Below, piece after piece: positions 1-13,224 of a stretch of DNA of 64,000 bases. Source of the DNA: Raillietiella orientalis (taxonomy: Eukaryota); the NCBI GenBank assembly GCA_036172245.1, contig JAYWIR010000027.1, forward strand, positions 2,790,001-2,854,000. The letters are read 5' to 3'. The first letter of the stretch is position 1. Every line of letters starts with the position of its first letter. The notes beneath the pieces were generated by a model that saw only the letters and a program-made list of their open reading frames with translations, was not told the DNA's origin and made no database searches. The translations under genes and the position numbers were made by a program.

Positions 1-3000
1 TCATGTCCCTCCACTGCCTTCATAGCGACTTCTATGCTGACGACACTCGGAACGGCTGGGAGTCAGGACGAAGACGCCGGTAAAAGTAGGTTGACCGGTT
101 CGTTTCCTTCTTCGAGAGCAAAGGGTCACGATCACCGAAGGCTTCGTTCTAATTAACGCGGACTCATGATCCAGAAATGACGACGTAGGAGCCAGGAACG
201 AGAATAACCTACATCACTGCTGCCTTTGTGAGGCGGGTGAACCTCACAGTTCGGCTGCGCGGCGACGACCACGGCAGGCCTTGTCGTTCACCACGAGTTC
301 ACCTCGGCTTGGCAGTGGTGGTGGTGCCGGTGCTGCTGCTGTGCCGGGCTTCGGCGGAGGTGCTCGCACGGGGACGAGGAGCGCCTGATGGTGACCACGG
401 ACGGGTGCGGCGTGGACCGCGCGTCGTGCGCCTGCATCCGTGCAGGTTGCGGCACGGGAGGTGTCCAGCCACGCCTGGCAGTGGAAAGGAGCACGTAGCG
501 ACGGGGGAGGAGTTTCACGAGAGGGTACGGACCGAATGTATTGGTGGTGGTGGTTTTTTCCTGGTCCTGGAGCGGCGTTCCTCCTCCCCGTGACCTGACG
601 CTCTTGCCAAGCTTTCGGAACCGTACATGAAGTGGCTGGGTTAATGGAAGAGCTCCAGTGTTTCGCGTGTCTCGGCGCTGTGCGTGACCAAGGCAGCGAA
701 CTTCCGCTCCCGTCCTCGCGTTGAAAATCGGGACGCCGTCGGCCGGTGTTGCCAGCCACACTCTGCTGCAGGTGCAGTGGCGATGCCACAGGAACGGGTG
801 TTCCCTCATGGGGCGGGGGGAAGGGGGAGGGGCTGGAAGAAAAGAAAAGAAAAAAAAAAAAAAAAAAACAGCCCGCACACTTTTCATTTTCGGTCGGCGT
901 CACGAAGATTCAACAAGAACCCGCGCTGTCCTGGGATGAGCGCGTCCCTGCTTCCCAGAGGCCACCGAGATGGCGACAGTTTGGATCGCATGTGTTCCAC
1001 CTTGGTGATTGCACGTCTCGTACACGAATGCTCGTTTTTCTGTGACGATGATCAAATGCCACGGGTACCACGAGGTCCCCGTTCGTGAAAGAAGCTGCAG
1101 CGTCAAGGATCTCCCGCGCTACGTTCGAAAATCAGCCTCCCTCCCCCCTCCCCATCCTCCGTCAGCTGAACTCAATTGTTGCGTCATTTGTTTCCGGAGT
1201 TGGGCACGCGTCACGAAGTTGGTCGGACGATAATAAAATGAAATCCTCCGACCTAACTCCTCCTTCATGAACCCCGCGTACGCCATCGGCCCATAATGAC
1301 CGTTGGACCGAGGCTCTTTGCTCCTTCGTCTTTTCCGCCTGTAACTGCCTCATCACTTCTGTTGTGTAATCAATATGGGGCTCAATCTGAAACTGTAGCC
1401 CGTTTACGAGTCTTTTTTTTTTTTTTTTTTTTTTTTTTCGGCGTGTGTGTCGATGTGTGTTGTAGCTGTTCCTTTGTCGTCGGTCTATTCGGCGGCAGCA
1501 TCCCGGCTGTGCGAGCTCGTCCGGATTTACTTCAGATATCCGTCCGTAGCGAGCGAAATGTTCGTAGTATTTGGTAAACCTCGCGGAATCGATCGTACCG
1601 CTCGGTGTTCAGCCAGGTTTAATCGCATCCCAAGGTTGCGGGAGAGCATCCCAAGGTTGCAGGAGCTCTGGAAAAACCGTGCTCTGAAGGGGATCGATCG
1701 TTTGTTTGCCGGGTTTTCCTCTGGTTTACCTGCGGGGACGGTTCGCCTTTTGCACAGAACTGCAAGCGGTACTCGAAAACAGGAGCAAACTGGCGCTGCC
1801 ATTTGATCGATCTGAGAGCAACGGCAATTTCCTCCCGGCCGCAGTTTTAACAGATGCGTCTTTCCGGATGCATCCCCATTTGCAACTGCGAATTCCTCTT
1901 CTGATTAGCCGTGCACAGACACCCGCCGTGGGAGGGGGGCATCGCGCTCGCCATGGCCGTGTGTCTTTGCTTACGTGCGCTCTTTGGCACACAACTGGTT
2001 GCGTTTATTTCGAGCCCCGCCGTCGGATGGCGCTGACAAGCCTTTTCTTCCGAAATTTTTCGAGAGCATGTGCACGGAGCTTGCGGATGCTTCAAGGTCA
2101 AGGATGTATTTTGCACCATGCCGTGGGAACGCGGATAAAATATTAATTGGAGTTTGGAAGGCAACCGTTGGAGGGGCCTTTGGCATGGATCCGGCTCGGT
2201 CGTGGAGGACCGAGCCGCCGAGAGCGTTCTCGCACGCTCGTTTTGCAGGCCCGTTCCCTTGGTTTCGAGCCGAACACCCAGCGCCACGCTGATACTAATA
2301 ATAGTAACGTCAGCTGGACGCGCTAGCCTACACTCGCGTGCACCGCCATCTTTGCTCTCCTCGTGAACTGGTCGTGAAGTCTTCGAAAGTCACGGGACGT
2401 GGACGGAGGCGGCTGGCGTGATGAATTCCCAGGGAGTTCGCAGTGTTTGCCAGGTACGGCCGGCCTCGCGGAGAGCAGAGAACAGCGGCGACCCCCGCGA
2501 TCTGATTTTACTCTTGTTTTATTTTATTTTTCCTTTCCGTTTCGTCACGTCGGCGCCGCGGGGTCGGTTGGCTGGTTCTGCTTTGCCCCGTCCGTCGCGC
2601 GGCTCCCGTGGTGTGTTTTCCGGGCCACAAGAGTCCTCCTCTCCCGGAAACACCACGGGGCGTGTATGAAGCCCTTCAGGAGGGCTTCGCCCTGGCTGCC
2701 TTGCCCTCTCTCCCCTTCTTTTCCGGAGCCAGTATCACTTGCCAGAGTAAAAGGAGGCCTTTCGTTTTGCAGAGGAGGGTCGAAGAGCGAATTGGGGGTC
2801 AGGGATCATCCCCCGAAGGGACGCGAGCTGCCGAGAGGAAGGGGAACGCAGCATAGGGCCCATCCATCCCACGCGTTTTCCTCCTTCTACCGGCATCACC
2901 ACCTCCCGTGCTATCCCCTACGACCCTGTTTTCCCCACTGCACTGACTTCCGTTCCTGCGGCACTTGCTTCCTTCACGTATCCGGTAAAGGGAGAAGGAG

Positions 3001-6000
3001 AGGGAGGGAGCCGCGGGCGAAGGAGCTGCGGGAACACCGCTCTCTCTCGCGTCTCCTCCTGTGGGCTCACCCAGGGCTGATCGGCTTCCCTTCGCCCACG
3101 AGAACGGTACGGCGTCGGTCTTCTCGCATCCACTTACGTGTGGTCCACTGGAAGAAAGGGAGGTTGTGGGAGAAAACGCTCCGTTCGGTCCCGCTTCTCT
3201 CAGGCGCGCTGTTTTGCTCACTCGACGATGCGAATGACATGCCGCCGCCATCTTGCCCTTTCCCGATCAATAGATCATTCGTGTTCCCCCCTCCCCTTCC
3301 TTTTTCCTCCCAGCAGCCCCGTCCCACCGGATGGATCCGCCATAGTGAGGAGGACGGGGCACTTTACGCCACGCACGCACCCCTGCACGCGGATACGTGC
3401 GTGCTGGTCCTCTCTTCCGGTCGACAGTGCGTTTTGCGTTCTCTGCGGAGGCGGCGCCCCCTCACCCATGGCGACCGTCCAGCTGCTCCCCCCCCCCATT
3501 CCGTCTCTCGGAGAGAGACCGTGGGAGGTCGCGGGCTTCTCTTCCGCCGACGTCCGCGCGCCTCTCCCCGTCTCGGGGAGAACGCGCGGCGCTTGACGGG
3601 ATTTCGTTGCACGCATTGGCGGAGTGTATCGGCGCTCCCGTTCTTCCTCGCCAGCCATTCGAACGGATGTTTTCCGCCGTCGTCCAATCACGTGCCGGTC
3701 GGTGGGGTTTCCCCGCCTCGCGAAGGCTGTCCCTGGCGCGTCTGTGCGATAGGCCGGTCAGGGATACGAAGCCTTCGCACAGGATTCGCTCCCGGCGTCG
3801 GAGGGCTCCGTCGCTTGCAGGCGCCTCGTCGTTGGGGTGACGATGGGGCTCTCTCTCTCTTCCTGCGTGTTCGGAGCCGCAGAGGGGAGGCGGGGGGGGG
3901 GGAGGGGACGAGTAAGAGGGGAGGACTGGAAACGCGTGGAGACAAGGAGCGATGCTGCTGCTGCTGTCGCCGCTTCGCGCGGTTTCGTGCAGCACGCGTG
4001 CTGCCGCAGCACGGCTCTCGCCACAGTCACCCGCACGCGCTTGGACGGCGGGGCGGGAGGAGGGGTTCGTCCTCTCTTCCCTCTGCCTTTTCGTGATCAT
4101 GCAGACCCGCCTTGCGCGGGACGCGCGCTCGCAGCGGCACGGCACGGGATCACCATGACGAAGGGCGAGGTCGCCGCGCGGTCCAGTGGTGCTACTGCTG
4201 CTCCTCTTCCTCCTTTCGCGCTCCCCCTTCTTTCCCGTCAGGACACCCGTCTACGTCCGTTGGTGCCTCGAACGCTACGCGGCCCTGACGTTGCCGTGGA
4301 CTGCGAAAACCATGGTTCTTGAGCGAAGAAGGAAGAAAGACTTTGCCCTCAGCAACGCCTTGGGTCGGCACTCCTTCTCCATCCACTTCCCCTCATGGCG
4401 GCGCGCGCTGCCCGGCTGTTCTCCTATTGCGTTGTTCACGCCGCTGCCCATGACGGCGCTCTCTTCGATCCCTTTACCCCCTTCCTTTTAAGGCGAGCAC
4501 CTCATTCCCACCCCTCGTCCCAGGGGTGTGAGGGACGGACTCTTCCCCTCGCTCTTGTCCGCCGCCACAGGGTGAAGGCTGTGTAGACGTGGAGGACTGG
4601 GCACGTTCCACCCCCCTTCCCCCCACGAGAAGCGCTGCGGTCGGAACCACCTCCGTCACACACACACCACCACCACCTTTCCTTCTCTTAGGTTTCCACG
4701 CGCGATGGAGGTGCCCTGCGTCCTGGCAGCTGCTCCTCCACTCCTTCCCCAAGGTGAGATGCCGCCGCCGTCTCCAGGCAACCGCGGAAACCCTTCCGTG
4801 ACGTTTATTCCTGTCTCGTTGGCAAGAGGAGCCGAGAAGAGCATCCGGCGGGCGGGGGGGGGGGGGAAGAGAGAATGCTGCTGCTGCGTCTGCGAATCCT
4901 CCCTGATCGATGGAGGCGTGCCAAGAGGCCATTCTCGAGGAGGCAGTGGCGGGAGCATCCTCACCGCCCGCCGGGAAGGGAGGATCGTGGAGGGGGGGAG
5001 GGGATGCGAGCTCTCGGCTGCGGCCGCGGAACCTTCCATTGCCGCACAAAGGCGGCCTACCTGCTCCTCGTCCTCCTCTCCAGGTCTGGCGAGCTTAGGG
5101 ATGTCGAGGGGGGAAGGGGGGAGGGCAAAGATGCGCGGATACTTTTCTTTGCACCCACCTCATCCCCTTCCCTACCACAACACGCCCCTTACCCCGACGG
5201 GCGGTGGGGGTCGTCGCCGCGTTGTTCTGAGTCGTGCGAGGAAGCGGAGAGGGCATGAAAATGGCGGCCGCCGAGCGGGTGATGCCAACAGGTTCCGGGG
5301 GAGAGGGGGCACTCCTATTCTATCGGCGACGTTTTGCCCTTTGGAAAGGCGAGGAGGTTGCTATGGCACCTCGAGCCGATCGACTGACCGCTCTCTCCCT
5401 CAGAACTTCCTCTTCTCTCTCTTCGCTTCCTCTTCCACCTCCTCATGGAAGGTGCTCTCCACATCCCCACCCTATACGGGGAGAGGGGCATCCCCGCCTT
5501 GGTGGCTTTCTCGTGTCCGCTGCTATTCCCGGCCCTGCTCGCGAAGAGTGAAGGTCGCGGTCGCGGGAGAGGAGACATCATCGACCCGGGGATGGGAGGC
5601 AGGCAGAAGGTTGAGCGAGCCTCCCTCAAAGCTGCCGGCCCGCCCGCCCGCGAGAGCTTCGTTGCGGTCTCCGCCTCTCGCAAGAGAGGAGAGGGTACGG
5701 CTTTGAGCCACTCGCCCTGCAGGGTAGGGAGGGACGGGGGATCTGCTGGTGGTGCCTTCCTGAGCTTCGCTGCGTCCTCGGAGCGTTCCGTCTCGAGCGC
5801 CACCAGACCCCTGCAGGGAGATGGGCGACCCGAAAACCGGCTCTCTCCAAGCGTCGCCACGTTGGCCGTGGCACTGACACATGGCTGCTCCCAAGTCGCC
5901 CGCGGGGCGTTTTCGGATTGCATTGTTTCCGGCCGCCATGATCTCCTGGAAGAAACTACCGGATTACCGAACAGAACCGTGCCTTTCTCAGCAACGCTTC

Positions 6001-9000
6001 TTCTCCCTCCTGGGAGTGACCCTCGGAGGCCGACGACGCTATTCAGCGCCCTTCCTCCGAGGGAGGACGGGAATCTCCCGGCGAACCGGTCGACACGCCG
6101 CTGCTTGTTCCAAGCGTGCTGGCATGGCCAGCATTTCCATAGAAGACTTCTCGGACGAACGCAGAGCGGGCGCCGCCGTTTCGCTGCTGCTGCCCCTGCT
6201 ACTGTAGCGTTACTTGTTTCCCTCCTATCTGCGCGTCTTTTCCTCCTCCCCCCCTCGGGCGCCCTCCCTCTTCTGCAGGAATGCGCTTGTCTTCGGGTGG
6301 TGGTAAGCGGACGACTTTCGTCGTCTTCCTCGGGGAGGCGTGCTCCTTTGCGGGCGAAGGGGGGGAGGAGGAGGGGGCCGCACCCTGTCTCGCCTTCCTC
6401 GTGCTGCTGCCGCTGCCGCCGACGCCACTCCTCGAGGAGGATGGTTAGGACGCGACCTTTTCTCGTACCTGCGCTGCTGATTCAAGCAGCTGCGACCCGG
6501 TCCGAGGAACTCACTCACTGCACGTTCGAAGTTACCCTGACCTGGTTCACCAGGACGGGGGTACCGGGATTTGCCAGCCATCGCCGTCGATGGCTGGCAA
6601 AGTCCAGCGTGGAACCGGCTGACGGGACGGACTGGCCCAAGCTCCGCTGGCGGAGGACGTTGGGGACCTCGCGTCCGAAACTCTCAGGAGCGCGGCAGTG
6701 GATCGGCATGCGCTGACGGGCATTTCTCCCGCTGCTTTTTCTTCGCCTTTCTTCTGCGTTCCATAGCTCTCTCGTCCGAAGGACTGGGAGAGAGGGGGGG
6801 GGGGGAGACAAGTTGACCGGGAATCCGGACTTCACATGCTGCGTGTATCATTCGTTGTTGCCCTGCATCCCTTTAGAGGGTTCTCTTCTTTGCCCTATCC
6901 GTAAGTGGTTTACGACACGGACGCTTGGTTCTGTTCCTCGAATTCCTCGGAAACTCACATAAGTGTACTGGCACCCCTGTGCCTTCCGAGGGCCTACCTA
7001 AAGGCCGCAGATAAGGAGGCGGAAGTGAGGACCTCATTCCATGGATCAGGGATGCCCCTCTGCCGCCAAGGAGAAAGCGAAGGCGGCGGCCGTGTGGTGT
7101 CGCCCGTCCTGCTGCTTTTTCCGGCTGGCTGCCGCGCTTTGCTCTTCGCCGACGATGGGCGGAAACCGCCCGGTGCGGCGGCGGCGGCATTTCGAATGAA
7201 AAGGGGGCCGCCGACTGCTGCCCCGCAGTTCCGCTGCGGCTTCTCTTCCCCTCTCGCTAGCGAAGCTTCCCGCAGCGACGCCGGAACGGGGTCGCGTGCC
7301 TCACGCATCCGGTCCGCCGCCTTTTCCGCCGAGACCCCTGACCGCAAGCAGCGCTGACGGCGATCCGCGATCCTCCGCGGGAGAACCGCTGCGGCGACCC
7401 TCGACAAACGCACGCACTTTCCGTAGATCCCCCTTCACCCACATCTGCCTGCCACCCTCCACGGCTCGCGTGGCCCCTAGCGACGAGGCGACGCGAGCAG
7501 CATCGTCACCTCGCGCGCACCTTTTCGTGCGTACCCTCCGGGCCTGTGGCTGCTCCTGCGCAAGGCAAGCAATACCACCACTACCCCTACCTCCCTCTCA
7601 TGGGTGTCTCCTGCCCAGCTCCTCACATTGTGCAGGGCACGGGAGCCGAGGCTGGTGCTACGCGTCTTTCTTTGCCTGAGGGTCGTTGATACCTGCTGCT
7701 TCCACGTAGGAGCGTTTCGCAGGTCGCAGGCGTCGTGGATCGAGAGCGAACGATGGACAGCCGCCCGTCCATCCGCTCCCACCTCCTCCCCCTTCTCTTC
7801 CTTTCGTGGAAAGCACGAAACGGGTCGAAGCCGGGGGCACCCGGTGTTGATTGGGAAACTAAGCAGCTGGGTCGCACCTTCCCGTGTCGGCGCGGTCGCC
7901 CAGCCTGAACGATTCCTCCCCCCCCCCCCTCACGCCCCCCATCCCCGCTCTTCAGCTGCGCTAGTAGTTCCTCCATGCACGCGTGGGTGCAGCTGCCTCG
8001 CGCCGCTGGAACGCAGGCTCCAGGAGCGTGTAATCGCCGGCCCGTTCGCACGCCGGATGCGTTGCGTGTGCAGCGACGTAGCGCGGGGTGCACCCGCGCC
8101 GTCTCCGGTACCGAATTTTCGAGCCCCTCCCCCTGTGCAGGTACCGAAGGCCACCCGGCGATGCGCTTCGGGGATTCCCGTGTGCTGTTTCCGGTTTGCA
8201 CGTTCTTGGCTCGCTCTTTCGTCTGCGGCTTCCGCTGCCGTCCTGCAAGCAGGCCGCTCGCTCCCCTATATCGCACCTTTTCCTCATCTCGTGGTCCTCG
8301 CTCTTCCCCCTCCGGATGTAGGAACCATGTGCCTCCAAAGAGCACATCTTCTTGCGACGTGCTTTTTATTTTTTCATCTTTCGTTTTTTTTTTTTGTTTT
8401 CCTCCCTTTTTGCCCGCGGTCTTCCTGCCTTGGATACCACCGCACCCACCGAACGCATTGTTGCGGAGATTGAAAAACCGCGAGCTCGCCGAAAAAATCA
8501 CAGGCCCGTCGTCATGGAGACGGCTCGCATGTGGCAGTCGTGTCACTCCGTTTTGTGCGCAGACGGACTGCGTCCGTCGCTTCCGAAGTGCTCAGTGAGG
8601 TTTCTCGGACTCCGTGTGGTCCATCGTGATGCGCGCACTTGTGCACGGCTTGTGGTCTCTTCCTCGGCGATGTGCGGCCTCTCGACGTGGAAACTTAATA
8701 CTTGCCGTCCGAGAAGTCGTGCTACGAAGGTATGTTGAAATTTTTGTTGGCATCGGAGTGCCTTTAGGTCTCCCTGGCAACCTTCCTTCTGTCATTCCAG
8801 GCATTTCTTGTTTTCTTCTTCTCCATCTTGTAGTTTCGATTCGTGTTTCAAATGCGACGGGCGGGCTTCTTTCTCTCTCTGGTAATCAAAAGGTCGGGTT
8901 TCCCGAAGATTCGACGCACTTCCGTTCCGTTTGGAGGGGTCGTTGCTGCTGTCGTTGTCCCCCCCCCCCCCCTTTTTTTCCAGCTTCACGAACGGGTTGC

Positions 9001-9967
9001 GACGAATGATTCGTAGAGATGATTCTCCGTTCCTTCTCCTCCACCCTTTTGTCCTTCCTCCCCTTGTTTCCTTCCCCCTCATGGTATCGCTGCATCCGAA
9101 CCATTGAATCAAAGGGGCTTCCTTGGAATATTCTGCCGCTCGTAGTTCTACTCCCGGCCTTGTGATTCTTGTTCATGGAGCATTTGCTACGGCTAGGAGA
9201 CAAGTGCAAGCTTTCGCAACTGCCGATGCTTAACCTCCCCCCCCCCTTCTCTCTTCTTCTTCTTCTTGCACTTGGAAAAGCCACGATGTACGAAATGACA
9301 GGTTTCAGAGTGTCGGAAGGCCGTTGTCACCGGTCGAAATTCTCCGATGGTTTCCCCTTCCCGTCACGAAGGCAGTTTCCGAAGAAGGTGTGTGCGCGGT
9401 TCTTTTCCCCCCTTTTTTGTCTTTTCGGAGACTCGTGCGCGAAGGTGGGCGCACTCTCTCTCGAAAGAGAGCTTGCGCGTCAGTGGGAGGGGGGGGGAGG
9501 AGTCTCTTAGCCTGTCGAGAGCTTTCGAGTAGGAAGGGAGGGGGGGGAGGTGCACGGGGCTGCTCAAACAAATCGATTCCTTTTTTCTGTATTTACGCGA
9601 GGATCATCATGTGCGCGCGCGCCATTTTTTCTTCCTTCCCCCCCCCCCCCGTTTTTGTTTTTGTTTCTGCACGTGCAGACACACCGCCGCTTCGTTGCGA
9701 AGCCGCGAAGCGTGCAGCGGGGATCGCCAAAGAGCCGCCGAGCTCTGCAACCCGAGTCTCATCGATCAGCAGCCGCAGCGACCCCATGGAACAACCCATG
9801 CCTTGGCGCGCGCGGTTGCGAACGGTCTCCCTGCTCTCGTATGCGACGAGACGAAGCGCTTGCTCCCCCACCTCCCTCTCACCCTGTGCAGCCTGCTCCG
9901 GCTTCCTTTACCATCCTCCAGCTGTGTCGTGGTTGCTGTGTTGCCGGGAAGCGCCCGTGCTCGCCCG

Positions 9968-9995
9968 CTCGCGCGCGCGCGCGCGCGCGCGCGTG
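9968..9995. repeat. (CG)n alternating tract
   Basis: cgcgcgcgcgcgcgcgcgcgcgcg followed by tgtg. Confidence 0.9.
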
Positions 9996-12900
9996 TGGTG
10001 CCATGTAGGGATGGAGCTCCAGTGACGGCATTTGCTGAACGCCACGTCTAGTTGAAAATTCTCTCTCTCACCCCTGCTTCCCTTCCACAACACCTAGCAA
10101 GCCTTTATATTTGGTTTTCTATTTTTTTTTTTTTTTTTTCCGAAAAAAAAAAAAAAAAAAAGAAAAGAAAAACACACATACAGCTAGCGACCTCCACACG
10201 TTCGTTTGCCTCTTGTTTATTTTTCTTTTTGAATGACGTTTGCCTCGGTCGGTAAGCTCATCTCATCATCTGCTCGCAGCGAAGCCAATCTTCGCCAACG
10301 CCTCCGCCGTGGTGACGGGAGGAGAGGAGGAGGACCGTCCTCCTCTCTTTCGGCGATTTCGGTGGTCCCCCCGTCGAATGGCGAAAGTGTTTGGGGAAAA
10401 AACCCACCGTTGCCGCTTCTGAAAGTCGGGGAGGACAACAGCGCAGGGGAAAATCCGACACGCGGTTCGATCGGCGGAAGGGGGGGGGGGGGAGACTACG
10501 ACAACAATGCTGGCGGCGGTTCCCTAGCAACTTCAGCTGCAAGCACGCGATTATGCTTGCACATGAAAAAAATGGGAGAGGAACCGTCAATAGCAGTTTG
10601 GTGTTTTTTCTTTTTCTGGCTGCTTCGGAATAAAGATTTCCTCAAAGGCAGCGCAGAGTGATTCCCGCAGGAGTAACCTTGATTTCCCCCATGCTCGGAG
10701 GAACGTGCCGGGAACGGTCACCGACACGGGGCATGATTGGGTCTTTACTCCGTTTCCTTACTCCTCACCACCTCCTCTATACCCCTCCATCCCCACTTCC
10801 CCTCCACCACAGCGCCAAGTGCCACTTCCTCTCCGAGAAGCACCTGCGGGAACGACCTGCCTCCGCCGCGAGCGCAGCGGGCGGTTCTCCGTCGAATGCG
10901 CGGATGTCACGTCACGTTCGGATCAGCTGATCGTTGTCGGAAAGCTCGTTGTCGCCTTGTGCGTTCCTCCTGGTCGCTCACCGCAGCCGTGCGGTGCCCG
11001 CAGCGGCAGGGGCCGTTTGGCGGATGAGGACGCGGGCGGCGAATGAGGTGGGCAGGCCCTCCCTCCGCCTCAGAGCCGCTCTCCGCGCCTCCATCCCTTT
11101 CCACGCTGGGTGCCAGCCTGCCGTCGTCCGTCGGCTATCGAGTCCGTTCGGGAGTAACGCTCGCCGCATGAAAGGTTCCCCCCCCCCGGATGGAGCTGCA
11201 CCGCGCGTCCTTCCTGGCCTCCGTCCACCCGGGAACCGGAGTGGTGTACCCGCGCACTCCAGTTCTTTTTCGGAGACGGGAGGGGGAGGGGGCACGAGCG
11301 AGCGGTGCCTCTCCGGAAGTCGTCGGCACGCCGTCTCCCCCCCCCCCAAATCGATTCGACGGAAGGAGGGTGGGAGGTTCTTCCTGCGCTGACCTTCGGG
11401 CGGGCAGTCATTTCCTGACCAGCAGGAGGCAGCTGCGAAGAGATCCCGGAGATGCGGGGCCGTCGAGAGAGGACGACGGTGACGTTGCGGCCCTGCGGTC
11501 GCCGGTGACGCCGCAGGCGGCTGGCCGCCCGCGGCAGTCCCCTTCTCCGTAGCAGGAGGGGCGGGTCCGGCGGCAGGCTTCCTCCTCCTCCTCCTCCTCC
11601 CCCGCCCGCCCGCTCCGCTGCCGTCGCGGCGGCGCAAGACGTCCGGCCGCCGCTATCGATTCCGCCCCGTAGCAACTACGCAGTTTTTCCCCCCGCTCGC
11701 GCGCGCCGGTACCTCGCGGCAGCGTTGCCCTTGGAGAAGGGGAGACAAGGCGGTTCCACCTGGAGACGATGCGCGACGGGAGAGAAGGGGGAGCAAGCCT
11801 TCCCTGCTTCCGTCCCCTCCGCCGTCTCTCGGGGCGGGGATGGAAAGAAGGGCGCCGTGCCCTCTTCGGAGCCACACGCCCCGCCGCCGCCGCATTTCAC
11901 GGAACACCTGCGTCTCATCAGGAAAGAAGGATCCCCTCTTATCCCCACCCCCCACCCACCCCCACCCATCGGTCCGTCGGCGGTGGCAGCGCTATTTAGG
12001 GGTAGCCGTGCGAATACAAATAGCCCGTCGTGCGCGCACGCGCGCCTGCGCTGCGGCAACTTCGGCCCCCTCGCCAACGCTTGGCGCGAAAAAGCCCCCC
12101 CCCCCTCCTCCACCCCTCCTTCTCCAGTTTTTCCGCGTGGCCTTGATCCCGTCAGCTGTTCCGTGCGAGCGCTGGTGACGTCAGCGTTCCAAGGCCAAGT
12201 TCGCGCGAGAACCTGGTAACGAACGGGCGCGCCGGATCGATACGCGAGGGCTGACGAAAGGAAGCGGGCGCGAAGGGAGGGGAGGGGGGCAAGGTAAGCA
12301 AAAGCAGGAATCGTCGCCTTTCCACTGCACCCCTACCCCCCCCCCCCTACCTTCCTCGTCCTCCTCTCAGCACGAGCGCGCGCTCCGCTCCGCTCCTTCC
12401 CCCCCCCCACCCTTTCCCCCTTCCTTCCTGTTTCCTTTCGGCACTTAGAGGGGGGGGGGAGGCGCGGAAGGACCGTCGTGTGTGTGCGCGTGCGCGCGCC
12501 CGCTTGCGGAGGTGTGGCCATAGCTTCTGCTGCTGCTCCTGACAATGATGATGACAGTGATGCGTGAGCGCGCGCGCGTTGCGCCTTTTTCCCTGCTCCT
12601 TTCCCTCGCCCTTTTCCCCTCAAGGACCCAAAAGGAAGAAGAAGGGGGGGGGGGAAGGAGGGGAGGAGGGTTCTTTCCGCTCCCGGCCCCACCCCAGCTT
12701 TCGATTCGCCGTCTCCTCCCTCTCTGTGTGTGTGTATGTGTAAGAGAGAGATGGAGGGGGGAGAGTTCACCCCTCCTCCTCCCCTCCCCCCCTTGGCGGC
12801 GACGGTGGTGGTGAATGAGCAGCGTACACGGAAACTGCGTCTTTGCCGCGGCGGCGGAGGAAGGCTGGTGGCGCCGGTCGGTCCCTGGCGGAGCGTTCGC

Positions 12901-13224
12901 GAAACAACCGCCGTGTTAAATGCGAAGTTTCCATCCGGAGCGTGTGCGCGGCGGCGGCTGCGGCGGCTGCTGCTGCTGAGGCGGCGGCGACGATGACGAC
13001 GAAGAGGATGAGGACGACCACGGAGCTCCGAGCCGAGCGACGAAGAGGACGAGGAGGAGGAGGAAGGGGGGGGGAGAGGTAGTGAAGAGACAGCGACCCG
13101 GTAAGGCGCGTAGGGCGGGGAACACGGGTGGGGGGAGGTAGGGCTGCGCTCTCCCTCCCCCCTCATTCTGGCGAGGAATGTCGGAGATTCCCACTTACCC
13201 TTGCGCTTCCTCTTGTGCTTGCAG

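Noticed and set aside
288..600. Minus-strand ORF ending QQQHRHHHHCQAEVNSW as a possible terminal exon
   Set aside because: No recognisable homology or clear splice sites; left unannotated.
1625..1662. 15-nt direct repeat GCATCCCAAGGTTGC x2
   Set aside because: Only two units; simple local slippage, not an array.
5570..5620. GDIIDPGMGGRQKVER as candidate RPB8 exon 1
   Set aside because: Lacks LFEDIF and KKFDR and has no suitable donor; RPB8 is too conserved for this match.
2399..12300. Many long overlapping ORFs (e.g. 2399-4096, 565 aa; 5445-6716, 423 aa)
   Set aside because: Arg/Pro/Gly/Ala-rich, open on several frames and both strands, no recognisable motifs; expected in GC-rich DNA.
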